The notes under the pieces: model-generated
The model's input: the letters and a program-made list of their open reading frames with translations, nothing else
Told to the model about the DNA's origin: nothing
Databases searched by the model: none
Position numbers and translations under genes: made by a program
Assembly: GCF_006345805.1 (NCBI RefSeq)
Contig: NC_042997.1
Span: 22,630,001-22,694,000, forward strand
Direction: 5' to 3'
DNA from: Octopus sinensis
Lineage: Eukaryota
DNA length: 64,000 nucleotides
Shown: positions 1 through 12,020 of the stretch, piece after piece
How positions within the stretch are numbered: the first letter of the stretch is position 1
Layout: each line of letters opens with the position of its first letter

Positions 1-249
1 TTCAAGGTGATGTCCCAGCATGGCTGCAGTCTATTAACTGCAACAAGTAAAAAATGTTAAAAATTCTGACGTCGATACTAAAAATTCTTCAAAGCAGTGC
101 CCCTGTATGGCCACAGTCTAATGACTGAAACAAGTAAAAGATGTTAAAACAAAAAATAAAATACCAGAAAAATAAAACCGTGATGCTTTTGTCCACTAAA
201 CTGAAACTAAACCAGAACAACCTGCCATCCTCTACACACCATCATAAAC

Positions 250-3062
250 TGCAAGCAGGGTACAAATTGTTGTCCTTAAATGCTCGCAGTTTATGCAACA
301 AAATACATTTGTTCAACTCCTACGTCAGAAGTATTGACCCTGACTTCATCACTGACACGGAAACATGGGCACATTCCTTACTCTGTGATGGGGTTTTCAA
401 CATTACTGGATACAACCTCTTCCGCAAGGACCGCCGTGGTGGTGGTGTGATGGTCTATGTTCGTTCAAATTTTTCGGTAATTCCTTGTGCTGATTTGAAC
501 GAATCACAAGAAGTTTTTTTCTGTGACATACGTATGACCATGTCAACACTCCTGCTTGGCGTTGTTTATCATCCCCCAAATTACCATCAAGACACACAGC
601 TTTGCAATATCCTCCGAGCTGCTGCCAGGAAAACAGCCACTTATGTTTTTATTGCAGGCGATTTCAATCATCCTGAGATCAATTGAGAAACCTTCCATTG
701 GCCACAGAGTGCAAACGATTTCGTTGAGCTTGTACTGGACTCAAACTGGTCACAAGTAGTCACCTCTCCAACAAGAGGCAACAACACCTTGGACCTGCTC
801 TTCACCACAACTCCTGAAGCGGTTATCAATTGTACTACGGAGGAACCTCTAGGTGACTCTGATCATGCTATGATCATCGCCAATCTGGCTCTTGCGGGCA
901 ACAACAAAAACCTGAACCATCTCCAATCTGCTTCCTTCGATTGGAAGAGAGCAGATTGGAACCTGTACCACACTGAATTATAGCACCCAAACTGGCGCGA
1001 ATTCTACAACTCTGGAGATGTGAATACTATACTCCAGAGTATCCTGGACTCAATATGGGCAGCATGTGCAGCATCAGTGCCACGTAAACAGAAAAAGAAG
1101 AACCGCCCCAAAAGTGCAATTTGGGAAACTTCAGCGGTCCGACTTGCCAGGAAGGAACATTGCATAAATCAGACACCAACAGGAAAAAGCGGAATAAATC
1201 TTCCAACCATCTCAAGCAAGTGACAAAAAAAGCAGTGCTTGAATTTGAACAGTGCATAGCAGCCAATCCTGACAGCAAGGTTTTCTGGAAATATGTGCAT
1301 TCAAAGCAGAGACCTCACTCTCCAGTGGGCCCTCTTCGCAACCCTCACACAAACCAGATCACTGACAATCCCAAGGAATGTGCAGAACTCATTGCCAAGT
1401 GCTATGCAAACATATTCACTGTTGAAAATCAAAATGTACCATCTTCACCATCTCTAACAGCAAATTCCATAACAACTATGGAATTTACACCTGCAATGCT
1501 GCGACGTCACCTTCAAAATAAGCGCAACTATGCCTCCGCTGGTCTTGATGGAGTTACATACCTGCTTCTCAAACGTGGCAGGTACTTCCTTTTACACCAG
1601 CTTTCTATTTTTTTCCAGTACTGTCTCAACAATGGTGCTACTCCAGAGCAGTGGAAAACTGCCAGTGTCATTCCTCTGTTCAAAAAGGGCGACCGCACAT
1701 CACCTGTCAACTATCGCCCAGTCAGTCTCACTAGCTGTATTGCAAAACTGATGGAATCGTGTGTCAGAGAAACACTTTGGAACTTCTGGAGCTCTCACAG
1801 TCTCATCCGACCCTCACAATATGGATTTGTTCCTAACTCCAGCTGCAGTGATCAGCTTGTCGAGTTCCTTGAGGACATTACTCAGATCACTGACAGTGGC
1901 TCATGGGTGGATGTTGTCTACCTTGACTTTGCTAAGGCTTTCAACTCTGTGCCACACAAAAGGCTTATGGTGAAACTCTCTGCAATGGGTGTGAGGGATG
2001 ATCTTTTTAACTGGTTGAAATCCTTCATTCTCAGCCAAAAGGAGGTAGTCACAGTTCTAGGACAGCATTCTACACCATATGAGATGTCATCGGGTGTACC
2101 ACAGGGATCTGTCCTTGGTCCTCTCTTGTTTGTGGCATACATTAATGACATAGATGCCAATTTAAAGAATGCCACAGTATTGAAATATGCAGACGACATC
2201 AAGCTGTACCTTGAAATCAAGAGGACAGATCCTGTTGTCTACAGCTCTTTCCTGCAATCAGACCTGGACACAATGCAGCAATGGATCACAGACTGGCAAC
2301 TGAAACTGGCTGTGGACAAGTGTACCACCATGCATTTTGGGAGAAAAAACCCTGCGTCCACATACTCCCTCCACAACACTGATATCAAGAAATCCTTTTG
2401 CGAGCGTGACCTAGGCATCACTGTCAGCAGTGATTTGCGTTGGATAAAGCATATCTCTAAAATTGTCAAGAAGGCCGAGGGTGTCTTGGCATCACTCAGC
2501 AAGACTTTTGTTAGCCGCTCTCCAGCCATCTATTTAAAACTGTATACAGCTATGGTACGACCACACTTGGAATTCGCATCATCAGTTTGGAACCGCTATC
2601 TTGCTCAGAACATTGACCTCCTGGAATCTGTTCAGAGACGTGCAACCAAACGCATACCCTCCATCAGACACCTACCATACTCTGAGCGCCTTGTTTCCCT
2701 TGGCATGGATTCACTGAAGCTCCGGCGTCTGGCGATGGACTTGGTAAACACCCACAAAGTTATCAACCACCTCACCAACAACAACACTGAACACCTTTTT
2801 GATCTCCATGTGTCTAACACACGTGGACATGCCTACAAAATCAGAAAACAACACAGCTCCCATGACTTTCGGAAACATTTTTTCACGCTCAGAGTTACTG
2901 AAGCATGGAACAAACTGCCTGCGTCAGTTGTTGACTGCCATGACACTGCATCCTTTAAGGCCCTCATGCTTTCTGAAATCCGCCGAAACTACACCTGTTT
3001 ATACATACACTTTAAATGAGTAGTAGTGCACCTGAGCACTGTACACAATGTTTTATTATTAT
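250..3062 (+). mobile_element. CR1/L2-group LINE ORF2 (APE endonuclease + RT); EN part disrupted
   Basis: EN motifs LNARS, ETW, GVVYHPP, AGDFN, LDL, SDH; stops at 684-686 and 981-983 and a frameshift near 1160. Uninterrupted RT frame 1121-3019 (QYGF, YLDFAKAF, GVPQGSVLGP, YADD, ERDLG); short 3'UTR with GTGC-ACCTGA-GCAC hairpin and (ATT)n tail. Confidence 0.92.
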
Positions 3063-4113
3063 ACTTTCTCCCTTTAACTAAGTTGCTTTTGTCCGACGGG
3101 CTTTTGTCCGTGGGGGCTTTTGTCCTACACTCAATAACAACACACTTTGTTGACAGTATCAAGTTGCAAACACGTCAGTTTTGTGTAAACTACTAGCAAC
3201 ACTAGTTTCCTCGTTACATTTAGAGAATATGAGAAAAGAAAGCACAATTACTTACAATTAAGAACCGTAAGAAGGTAGTAAAAATATTTTTTTTATTACG
3301 AGATTTGAAAATGAACTAAATACAGGACATTTGGGGTGTCCCCGAAAGGTCAGTATGGGACAGTGGACAAAATTATCAAATGTCTGACATATCCCGTATA
3401 TAAGGGACGTCTGGCAACCCTTGACAAGACATTTGCCTGACTCTCTACGGAGGTTCTACGAGTAGACTGCAATTGTTTCTTACTTCTTTTATTTTTTTTT
3501 CTCGGTACAGCTTGAAGCCGCTCTATCTAGACATTTTATTTCCTTTCATTAATTACAGCATCAAAATCATTAACCAATCTTTTACACACTCGCTTCAAGA
3601 GGTTCTTGTAGGTTATGGATCTTTATGTATGTTTCCCCGTATGTATGTTTCCAACAAATAAAATAATAAATTATTCTTTTCTACTCAAAGCACAAGGCCC
3701 GAAATTTTAGGGGAGGGGACCAGTCGATTGGATCGATCTCAGTACGCAACTGGTATTTAATTTATCGACCCCGAAAAGATACGACTTCAATCAAGGAAAT
3801 ATTGATCTCGAGCAAAATCACCTTTGTGTGAAGAGTGCCAAATTAGTTAACTCCCTTTACTCGATAATTGTAAATATCTCCTGTAGCAGTTTATAGTAAT
3901 ATATTAGCAAGTCAGGATTTTTCTTCTGGGAAATTAATCCTCTACAAAAAGTAAAATAAAGAAGCTTACGGAAAAAATATAAACTTGGCAAAAGCCAACC
4001 TATCTTCCATAATAAGATATAAATGAAGAAAGCAGTCGACAGTTTTGATTAATGTGTTGATTTTGGACTTGTCAGATTTTTTTTATTGAACCAGCGCTTA
4101 GAGACATCTAAAC

Positions 4114-4155
4114 ATGGCATCAACTGCAACGATGCTTTACCAGGAATTAGAGCAG
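4114..4155 (+). CDS. EXOC5: EXOC5/Sec10 coding exon 1 (MASTATMLYQELEQ)
   Basis: Strong start context aaacATGG; ends at consensus donor CAG|gtaagt; phase 0, joins EPF of exon 2 as in other Sec10 N-termini. Confidence 0.8.
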
Positions 4156-4692
4156 GTAAGTGTTCTGTAAACAGTAATATAATGTTTATACGTAGCAAAA
4201 CATTTTTGTTTGGCATTTATAAGATATTCGTTTACTTTTTTCCATTTACATATTTGCATTATGTTAATGACATAAAATTTCTTAGGGGTGTGGTCCATCA
4301 TCCGAAACTGCCAAAACAGTCGAGGAGACTTGGATAAGTTCAAATACAGTGAGGCGTGTAGAATCGTAACACTTCTTGCTTTCCTTTCTTCAGAGAAAGT
4401 TCTAAACCCCCGAATCATTTGGGTTTACATTCCTCCCGACATTTGAACTTAGCTAACTTTTCTACTTACTAACTGTTGCCGAAGGAGACCTTCACTAGCG
4501 CCTCATCTTTAGATTCGTGATTTTACATTATTAAACATAATCTGTAGAGTAGAAATAAATAAATAAATACGTAGCATATATTAAGTTGTAAATTTTTATA
4601 TCAATTCGAAAGCAAATATTGCCTTAGACTATATATATATATATATATGTACATAAATAGGGAGAAGCACAATCTAAGATGTAGAGCAATTA

Positions 4693-4967
4693 ATATTATA
4701 GTGGGGGAGGTCGGTTTATGGGGTTCCTGGGTTTCTCGCTCATAAGAGTTTTGGAGGCCCAACGAACACTGCTGTTCTAAGATCTCTTCAAAATATGGAG
4801 GGGAAAATGCCTCGCTATAAAGGTAAACACCCAGGCATTTCCCCCTCCATATTTTGAAGAGGTCTTAGACCAGCAGTGTTTATGATCTGAATATACACCG
4901 TAAGGCCTAATCCCTTATGAGCGAAAAACTCAGGAACCCCATAAACCGGCCTCCCTCACTATAATAT
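4693..4967. mobile_element. Fold-back MITE-like element with two nested inverted-repeat pairs, next to (TA)n
   Basis: Outer arms TATAGTGGGGGAGGTCGGTTTATGGGGTTCC..CTCATAAG / CTTATGAG..GGAACCCCATAAACCGGCCTCCCTCACTATA; inner arms AACACTGCTG..GGAAAATGCCT / AGGCATTTCC..CAGCAGTGTT. Confidence 0.75.
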
Positions 4968-5199
4968 ATATATATATATATCGTTTGGACTGAGTCTGTA
5001 TTTACTCGTTCTGTAATTACTTTTTTTTATTATCCAAATGTATATCTTAACTAAAGTGATTACCGTTTTACAAAATTAAATTAAAAAAATTGGACAAAAC
5101 AGAGAACACAGTTGAAAAAATTAAAGAGAAAGAAGAGATAAAGAAACAAACCAAAACAATTCACCACTTTGGGTTGAAATGTTGGGGGCACTGGGAAAC

Positions 5200-5830
5200 C
5201 TCTCTAATGGCTATTGAGGCATGCTTTCAGTATTGCCACAGGTGATGGTGAGGCTGATACACTGGAATAGCCAAGTACCCTCCTGAGCCTCACCAGTTAC
5301 CTCTGCTGGGTGAGTTGCCAGTGAAGACAGGAATCTTGCAGTTAGTGGTCCGATCCCACCAAATGTCTCAAATGCTACAGAATGGAAAATGTAGTTGGCT
5401 AACAGATCGCAGTATTTCAGGATTTCCACTCAGTCGCAGAAGTTGTGGATCTCGCCCTGACTGCAGCATCCAGGATGTGAGAAGAAGCAAAGGAGTCTCT
5501 AACTGTGACATCCCAGACAAGGTATCTACCTCACAACAGAGTGAGGCCATCAGTTCTTTTCCCATCACATCTAGACAATCCAGATGTTTCCAAGATTGAG
5601 GGAATGTTTGCCCAAACCAAGCTCCTCTTGAGTATCAGGTTCAACTCCATATGATGTGCAAAGCGACCAGCATTCAGGTGGCAAAAAAGACCATGGTGGC
5701 CTATGGAGTCAAGCCTGCCACAACAACAGATCAAACTCTTGCATACATTAGCTCCCACTCTGAGGATAATGGAGACACAAAGTTCATCCAAGCTCAGTAG
5801 GCAACCAACATTAGCTACAGGGATGGCACC
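5200..5830 (-). mobile_element. Degenerate CRE-like non-LTR retrotransposon C-terminus (Zn knuckle + restriction-like endonuclease)
   Basis: Minus-strand peptides CCCGRLDSIGHHGLFC, GKRTDGLTLL*GRYLVWDVTVRDS and KYCDLLANYIFHSVAFETFGGIG match the REL pattern RPDG-WD.T-KY-(A/V)FET.G. Confidence 0.75.
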
Positions 5831-6169
5831 AATCCAGTTACCTGAGTATTTGGCACTACTAGACAGTAAGTGACACCTTGAAAACTGGTCTGACTGGATA
5901 AAGAGGGAGACAAACTATTATTTGTACCGAGAGATTTTGAGATAATAATTTCTGCATTTTAGTGATAGAGGTAAATTGTTAAATTTCTAATTCAAAAGGC
6001 TACACCACATCTTAGTTGCTAACAGCTGAGGGATTTGCACCAAATACTGACTTTTTAATGCTCAAGAGAGAAAGTTTATATTTGTGAAACAATTGTATAG
6101 GCTGGGAAGTTAGTTGATTTTAAGTAGGAAGGCTGTCAAATCACAACCCCCTTCAGGTAGATGGCCCTG

Positions 6170-7485
6170 CTTGATCTGTAGAAAAGACATGGGTAGAAAC
6201 TCCATATGATGTACCTGGTGTAAGCTATGGACACACAAAAGGTCAGCAATATCAAAGGAAGGTTAACCGGGAATATAGTTTTTGTGTGTGGTAGATGCAC
6301 TGGGGCAATAAACACTGAAGACATACAGAAAATAGATTCTATCACATGCCAGGGGAAGAAACTAGAAGTAGTTAATAGCTTCTACTACCTAGGTGACCAA
6401 GTCTGTAGTAGGGGTGGTTGCTCTGAGAGTGTAGCAACTAGAATAAGAATAGCCTGGGCAAAGTTCAAGGAGCTCCTACCTTTGCTGGCAACTATGGGCC
6501 TCTCGCTCAGGGTGAAAGTTAGACTGTATGATGCATGTGTGCAAACTGCCATGCTACACGGCAGTGAAACATGAGCCATGAACGCTGAGGAAATGTATAG
6601 GCTTGAAAGAAATGAAGCTAGTATGATCCGCTGGATGTGTAATGTCAGTGTGCATACATGACAGAGTGTAAGTGCCCTGAGAGAAAAGTTGGGCATAAGA
6701 AGCATCAAATGTGGTGTGCAAGAAAGGCGACTGTACTGGTATGGTCATGTATTATTTATGGATGAGGACAGCTGTATGAGGAAGTGCCACTCCTTAATTG
6801 TGGAAGGAACCTGTGGAAGTGGTGGCGAAGCATGACTTTTGAACATTGGGTTTCACAGAAGCAATGACAGGAGATCAGGACTTTTGGAGATATGCTATGA
6901 TTGAGAAGACCTGGCAACTAAAGTGAGATCGCAACCACGCATGTCCAGCCCTGTTAAGAATACCCCTGATGTGTCAGGTGATATGATATGCTTAAGAAGA
7001 CCATCGTGACCAGTGCCCCCTGACTGGCTCCCATGCCAGTGGGATGTAAAAAGCACTATCCGAATGTGGTCAATGCCAGGCCCACCTGACTGGGTCCCAT
7101 GCTGGTGGCACATAAAAAGCACTATCTGAATATGGTTGATGCCAGGGCCGCCTGACTGGCTCCCATGCTGGTGGCATGTAAAAAGCTACAACCAAACATG
7201 ACCAATGCCAGTACCCACTGACTAGCTCTCGTGACAGTGGCACGTAAAAAGCACCAAATAAACATGGTCGATGCCAGGCCCGCCTGACTGGCTCCTGTGC
7301 TGGTGGCACATATAAGGCACCCACTGCACTCTTGGAGTGGTTGGCATTAGGAAGGGCATCCAGCTGTAAAAACATTGCCAGATCATATTGGAGCCTGGTG
7401 CAGCTGCTGGCTTTCAAGGCCTCAGTCAAACTGTCCGATCCCTGCCAGCATGGAAAACGGATGTTAAACGACGATGATGATGAAC
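6170..7485 (+). mobile_element. 5'-truncated degenerate RTE LINE (end of PHD, thumb region, 3'UTR, (GAT)n tail)
   Basis: FVCGRC..LEVVNSFYYLGDQV..AMLHGSET is homologous to 51900-52620; 3'UTR has TGCCAGTG..GGCAC subrepeats. Confidence 0.88.
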
Positions 7486-8330
7486 ATAGTTCACAAGATG
7501 GACAAGATGTATCTGAAAAAACAAATACTTCACATCAAATCATGCTTACAAATTAAAAGAATGGGTTTCTACTGTCAGTAGATGAATAAAAACAAGAGTA
7601 CTGCTATGCCGTATTGACAGAGATAACCAAATTTCTGGTAAATCACATCTTACCATCTTAAAAGTTTAAATTGGATGATATAGTACTACATACTCAGACC
7701 TGGTTGAAACCGAAACGGTAATGATTTTCGATTACAGGCCTGCTCATACAAAGCTATAGTATAGCTAAATAACAGCATAGTGTTATAGAATATATAATAA
7801 AAACTGATTAAATTGTAGCTTATTTGTTGTGTAAATACTGATATTTAATATAGGAAGAATGCATGTAAAATAACATATATTTGATGTAGAAATTGTGATC
7901 AATGCAGAGACTAGTTTAGTCTGTGGCAAGGAAATGTTTTCATGAAATCAAACTTTTAAATTACCGTATTTTAACATATATAAGGAACCCCTTAATTTTG
8001 GGGGCTTAAAATTTGGGAAAAAGGTTTTGTAAGGGATTATCATTCAACCACGGTAGTGGTTGAATATATTCTTAAGTCTACCATTTTGTCAATCACAGTA
8101 GCTTCCAAGCTTCACCACTAATTCAGTTCCCAACTAAATTGCAAACTGTTAATTGTTTCAATGAGGACACCTCCCCAGCTCCCCAGCTACATTTTGACAT
8201 AAATAGTTTGAGATTTGGTTCAGTAGAAAGAAAGTTACGTCAAAATATCTGCAATTTCAAGGTGGGGAGTAAGGCAGATATTCATCTTCAATTAACATAA
8301 ATTTTTTAGTTTTAAATTAAAAGTATACCT

Positions 8331-8565
8331 ATTTCTTTACTACCCACAAGGGGCTAAACACAGAGAGGACAAACAAGGACAGACAAACGGATTAAGTCGA
8401 TTATATCGACCCCAGTGTGTAACTGGTACTTATTTAATCGACCCTGAAAGGATAGATGGCAAACTCGACCTCTGCGGAATTTGAACTCAGAACGTAGCAG
8501 CAGACGAAATACCGCTAAGTATTTCGCCTGGTGTGCTAATGTTTCTGCCAGCTCACCACCTATTA
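8331..8565 (-). mobile_element. tRNA-derived SINE with 17-bp target-site duplication
   Basis: AAATTAAAAGTATACCT at 8314-8330 and 8566-8582; B-box-like GAGTTCAAATTCC; core CCTTTCATCCTTTC..GTCGAT..ATAAGTACCAG. Confidence 0.85.
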
Positions 8566-8758
8566 AAATTAAAAGTATACCTTTCTTAGACTTAAATGAT
8601 AGAAAAATGCATGAGGAATTCAGAATCACTAGTCGCATTAAACAAAAATTAGTAGAAAAAAAAAGTTATGAGGTAAAATGTTACGAAATTTCGTGTTAGG
8701 GAGTAACGCTTAAGCAATAAGAATAAAGAATATATTTCTAAAATGAATGTTTTCTTTC

Positions 8759-8998
8759 TAAGATGGTGAGCTGGCAGAAACATTAGTGCGCCGGGTGAAA
8801 TGCTTAATGGCATCTCATCTGCCGCTACGTTCTGAGTTCAAATTCCGCTGAGGTCGACTTTGCCTTTCATCCTTTCGAGATCGATTAAATAAGTACCAGT
8901 TAAGCACTGGGGTCGATATAATCGACTTAATCCGTTTGTCTGTCCTTGTTTGTCCTCTCTGTGTTTAGCCCCTTGTGGGTAGTAAAGGAATAGGTATT
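8759..8998 (+). mobile_element. tRNA-derived SINE, same family, inverted relative to 8331-8565
   Basis: Collinear reverse complement of the 8331-8565 copy over ~235 nt. Confidence 0.85.
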
Positions 8999-9778
8999 TC
9001 ATCTGTCTTCATGTTTTTTAGTTCAAATTTCACCGAGGTCAACTTTGACGTGCAGATTATTTAAATAATTTTTTTTAACTTCCAATACTGGTAGAATATG
9101 TCACATAGAACAGGGTTTATTCTCAATGTTTTTGACAAAATTTTATATTTTAGAAGTGGTATTTTGTCTGTCTTTATGTTCTGAGTTCAAATTCCGTCAA
9201 GGTCGACTTTGCCTTTCATCCATTTCGGATCTACTTAATTAGACATACAGATTATTTAAATAATTTTTTTTAACTAAAGACTTTCAAACTTCCGATACTG
9301 GTAGAATGTGTCGGATTGAACAGGGTTTACTCTTAACGTTTTTGACAAAATTTTGTATTTTAGAAGTTATTTCATCACAAGTTACAGCGTGACAATGGAC
9401 AAATTCGTGTTTGATAAGTGCCAATACACGAAACTCTCAGCTTTTGACTTATTCTCTAACTTCTGCCAATGATATATATACATATTAACATATATGTGTA
9501 AAAAAAATATCATCACACAATCAAATCAATGAAAGAACCTCTACCTGGTCGCACGTCATGCTAAAAATAGCAGCCAAAGTATCCCCCTACCTAAATCACA
9601 CCCCCATTGTATGTTATGTCCTAGATTATCCCTAAAAAGACAGTTTGCTGAAGGCTGGAATGTCTTTGATGATATATTTGCAGTATCAGGGTTTATTTGA
9701 GGCTATATTATGGTCAATTTCTATATTAACACCCGCACGATTTTCACTAAGGAAAAAATTTGATTTTTTTTTTTTTTT

Positions 9779-9920
9779 TGAGTTTCAATTCCGCTGTGGT
9801 CAGCTTTGCTTTTCATCCTTTTGGGTCGATAAAATAAGTACCAGTTGGACACTGAGGTCAATGTAATTGATGTGGACCCACCCTCAAAATTGCTGGCCTT
9901 GTGCCAAAATTTGAAACCAA
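9779..9920 (+). mobile_element. Partial SINE of the same family just upstream of EXOC5 exon 2
   Basis: TGAGTTTCAATTCC..CTTTTCATCCTTTTGGGTCGATAAAATAAGTACCAG core. Confidence 0.75.
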
Positions 9921-9984
9921 TCTTATTGTTCATGAATATTTGTGCATTAATGTTTACATGTGGCTAATGGTGTTGTGTTTACAG

Positions 9985-10227
9985 GAGCCCTTCAACCCAC
10001 ATGAATTTGTGGAACGTTTGGCTTGGCGTACTATGGGAACCCGAGCACAGACTAACTGTGATGAGTTTGATCCAATGACACTGCATGCAGCATTTGAAAG
10101 AATGATTACTGACTTGAAAGAGAAAAATTTACAAGTTCACAAAAAGGTTGAAAAATTAGAAAATGCCTGCAAAGAAGAAGAGAAACGTCATTGGCAGCGT
10201 GTTGCTGAATTACAAAGAAAGAACCAA
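9985..10227 (+). CDS. EXOC5: EXOC5 exon 2 (EPFNPHEFVERLAWRT...ELQRKNQ)
   Basis: tttacag acceptor, gtatga donor, 243 nt; matches remembered Sec10 EPF..E(Y/F)(I/V)ERL.WR motif. Confidence 0.95.
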
Positions 10228-10649
10228 GTATGATTATATTCCTCTTTTCTCACTATATTCTTTCAACAGCTTTTGTAAATTATAAATGGTATGTGTGTAA
10301 ATTTGTCATTTAAGAAATTATACTAAGTTTATTACAATTGAAATTATGTAATTATACACTGAAGATAAGCCAACAAGCGAACTATTGTGGTTTCTTAACC
10401 TGCTAGAGACAACAGCCAAATTTCCCACAATATAGGAAGGATGCATTAAGTAATATAGTCCTTGATGCCTGATGACGGGGAAAAATAAACGGGCAGAGCT
10501 GGACTATTTTTCTATCACATGTCTACTCAGGCTGACCCAGAGTCAAACAACATTGTATACATATTGAAATATTGTGTTTTGCCTCTGTTTTTGAAGTATC
10601 TGCTACAGATTCAGGTATATTGTAACCTGGCATGTCATCGGTGGTGTAA

Positions 10650-11070
10650 TAATAATAATGAAATTATTGTATACAGTGCTCAGGTGCACCACAACTTGTC
10701 AAAAAGTGCATATAAAGTATATGCAATAATATACAAATGTCTGGAATGCGAAGTGTATGAGTCAGATACATGCTTGCGTGTGTATGGGGGGGAGAAAATC
10801 AGGTGTAGTGTTGGCAAATCTCAGGAAGCATAGAAGTTTTGAAGGATGCAGTGCTCCAACAACTAACAACTGATGCCGGCAGTTTGTTCCATGCTTCAGC
10901 AACTCTCAGCGTGAAAAAATGTTTCCGAAAGTCATGGGAGCTGTGCTGTTTTCTGACTTTGTAAATATGTCCACAGGTGTTAGACAGGTGGAGTTTGAAA
11001 AGGTGCTCAGAGCTATTGTTTGTAAGATGGTTAATAATTTTATGGGTGTCTGCCAAGTCAGCTGCCAGAC
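10650..11070 (-). mobile_element. 3' fragment of the same CR1 family as 250-3062
   Basis: HSSHDFRKHFFTLRVAEAWNKLPASVV vs HSSHDFRKHFFTLRVTEAWNKLPASVV; same GTGCACCTGAGCACTGTA 3' hairpin and (ATT)n tail. Confidence 0.9.
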
Positions 11071-11267
11071 GTCAGAGTTTCAATGTGTCCATGCCCAGGG
11101 AAGTAAGGTGTATGTAAAAGGGTTGACATGAGGAAGTGTATCCAGTCATAAAACACTGTCTTAAAAGCTTTGTCTAATCTATGCTAACATAGGAAAAATG
11201 AATGCAAAAACAATAATATTGGTATATCTGTACTGTTCACTTACTTTGTTTTATTTTCTTGTTTTAG

Positions 11268-11465
11268 AGTTCTTATTCCAAGTTTCAAGAATTAGATGAA
11301 CGAATCAATTTTGTAGCTACAAAAGTTGTCCACCTTGGAGACCAACTTGAAGGAGTAAACACCCCACGAGCTTGTGCTGTTGAAGCACAGAGATTAATGA
11401 ATTATTTTTCAGAGTTTTTATCAGATGAAGATTTGAAATCTACTGTATTTACTGATCCTTTCCAG
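11268..11465 (+). CDS. EXOC5: EXOC5 exon 3 (SSYSKFQELDERINFVATKVVHLGDQLEGVNTP...VFTDPFQ)
   Basis: ttttag/gtaaat, 198 nt; contains the conserved ATKV.HLGDQLEGVNTPR motif. Confidence 0.96.
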
Positions 11466-11809
11466 GTAAATTATTTCTTTTGCTAGGGTTTATTTTAGGT
11501 CTTTGTGAAAACATTTTAAAATCAAAATATTATCTTCCTTTGTGAAATTGGGAACAATTGATGGTTATTTCTAAAAACTGAAAGATTTTCTAAATGAACA
11601 AATTTATCATTAATGGTCTGTTTAAATGACATAATTATCCTCTAAATCTGCTTGTATATATGACCATGTGTGTGTGTGTGTGTGCTTACACACACATTTA
11701 AAAACTAGTCAAATATGATAATCCTTTTATAAATTGTTTTATTAAGTACATTGTGGTTGAGCCATTTAGTCATTATTAGTGCACAGACACTGTTAATAAT
11801 AATAATGAT

Positions 11810-12020
11810 AATCCTTTCTACTAAAGGCACAAGGCCTGGAATTTGTGGTGGTGGGGATTAGTCGATTACATTGATCCCCAGTTTTTCACTGGTACTTAAT
11901 TTATTGACGTCCAAAAGGATGAAAGGCAAAGTCGACCTCAGCAGAATTTAAACTCAGAATGTAGTGACAGGTGAAATACTGTTAGGTATTTCTACCGGTG
12001 TGCTAATGATTCTTCCAGCT
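11810..12020 (-). mobile_element. tRNA-derived SINE (minus strand) downstream of EXOC5 exon 3
   Basis: Reverse complement of the same SINE core and head. Confidence 0.8.
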
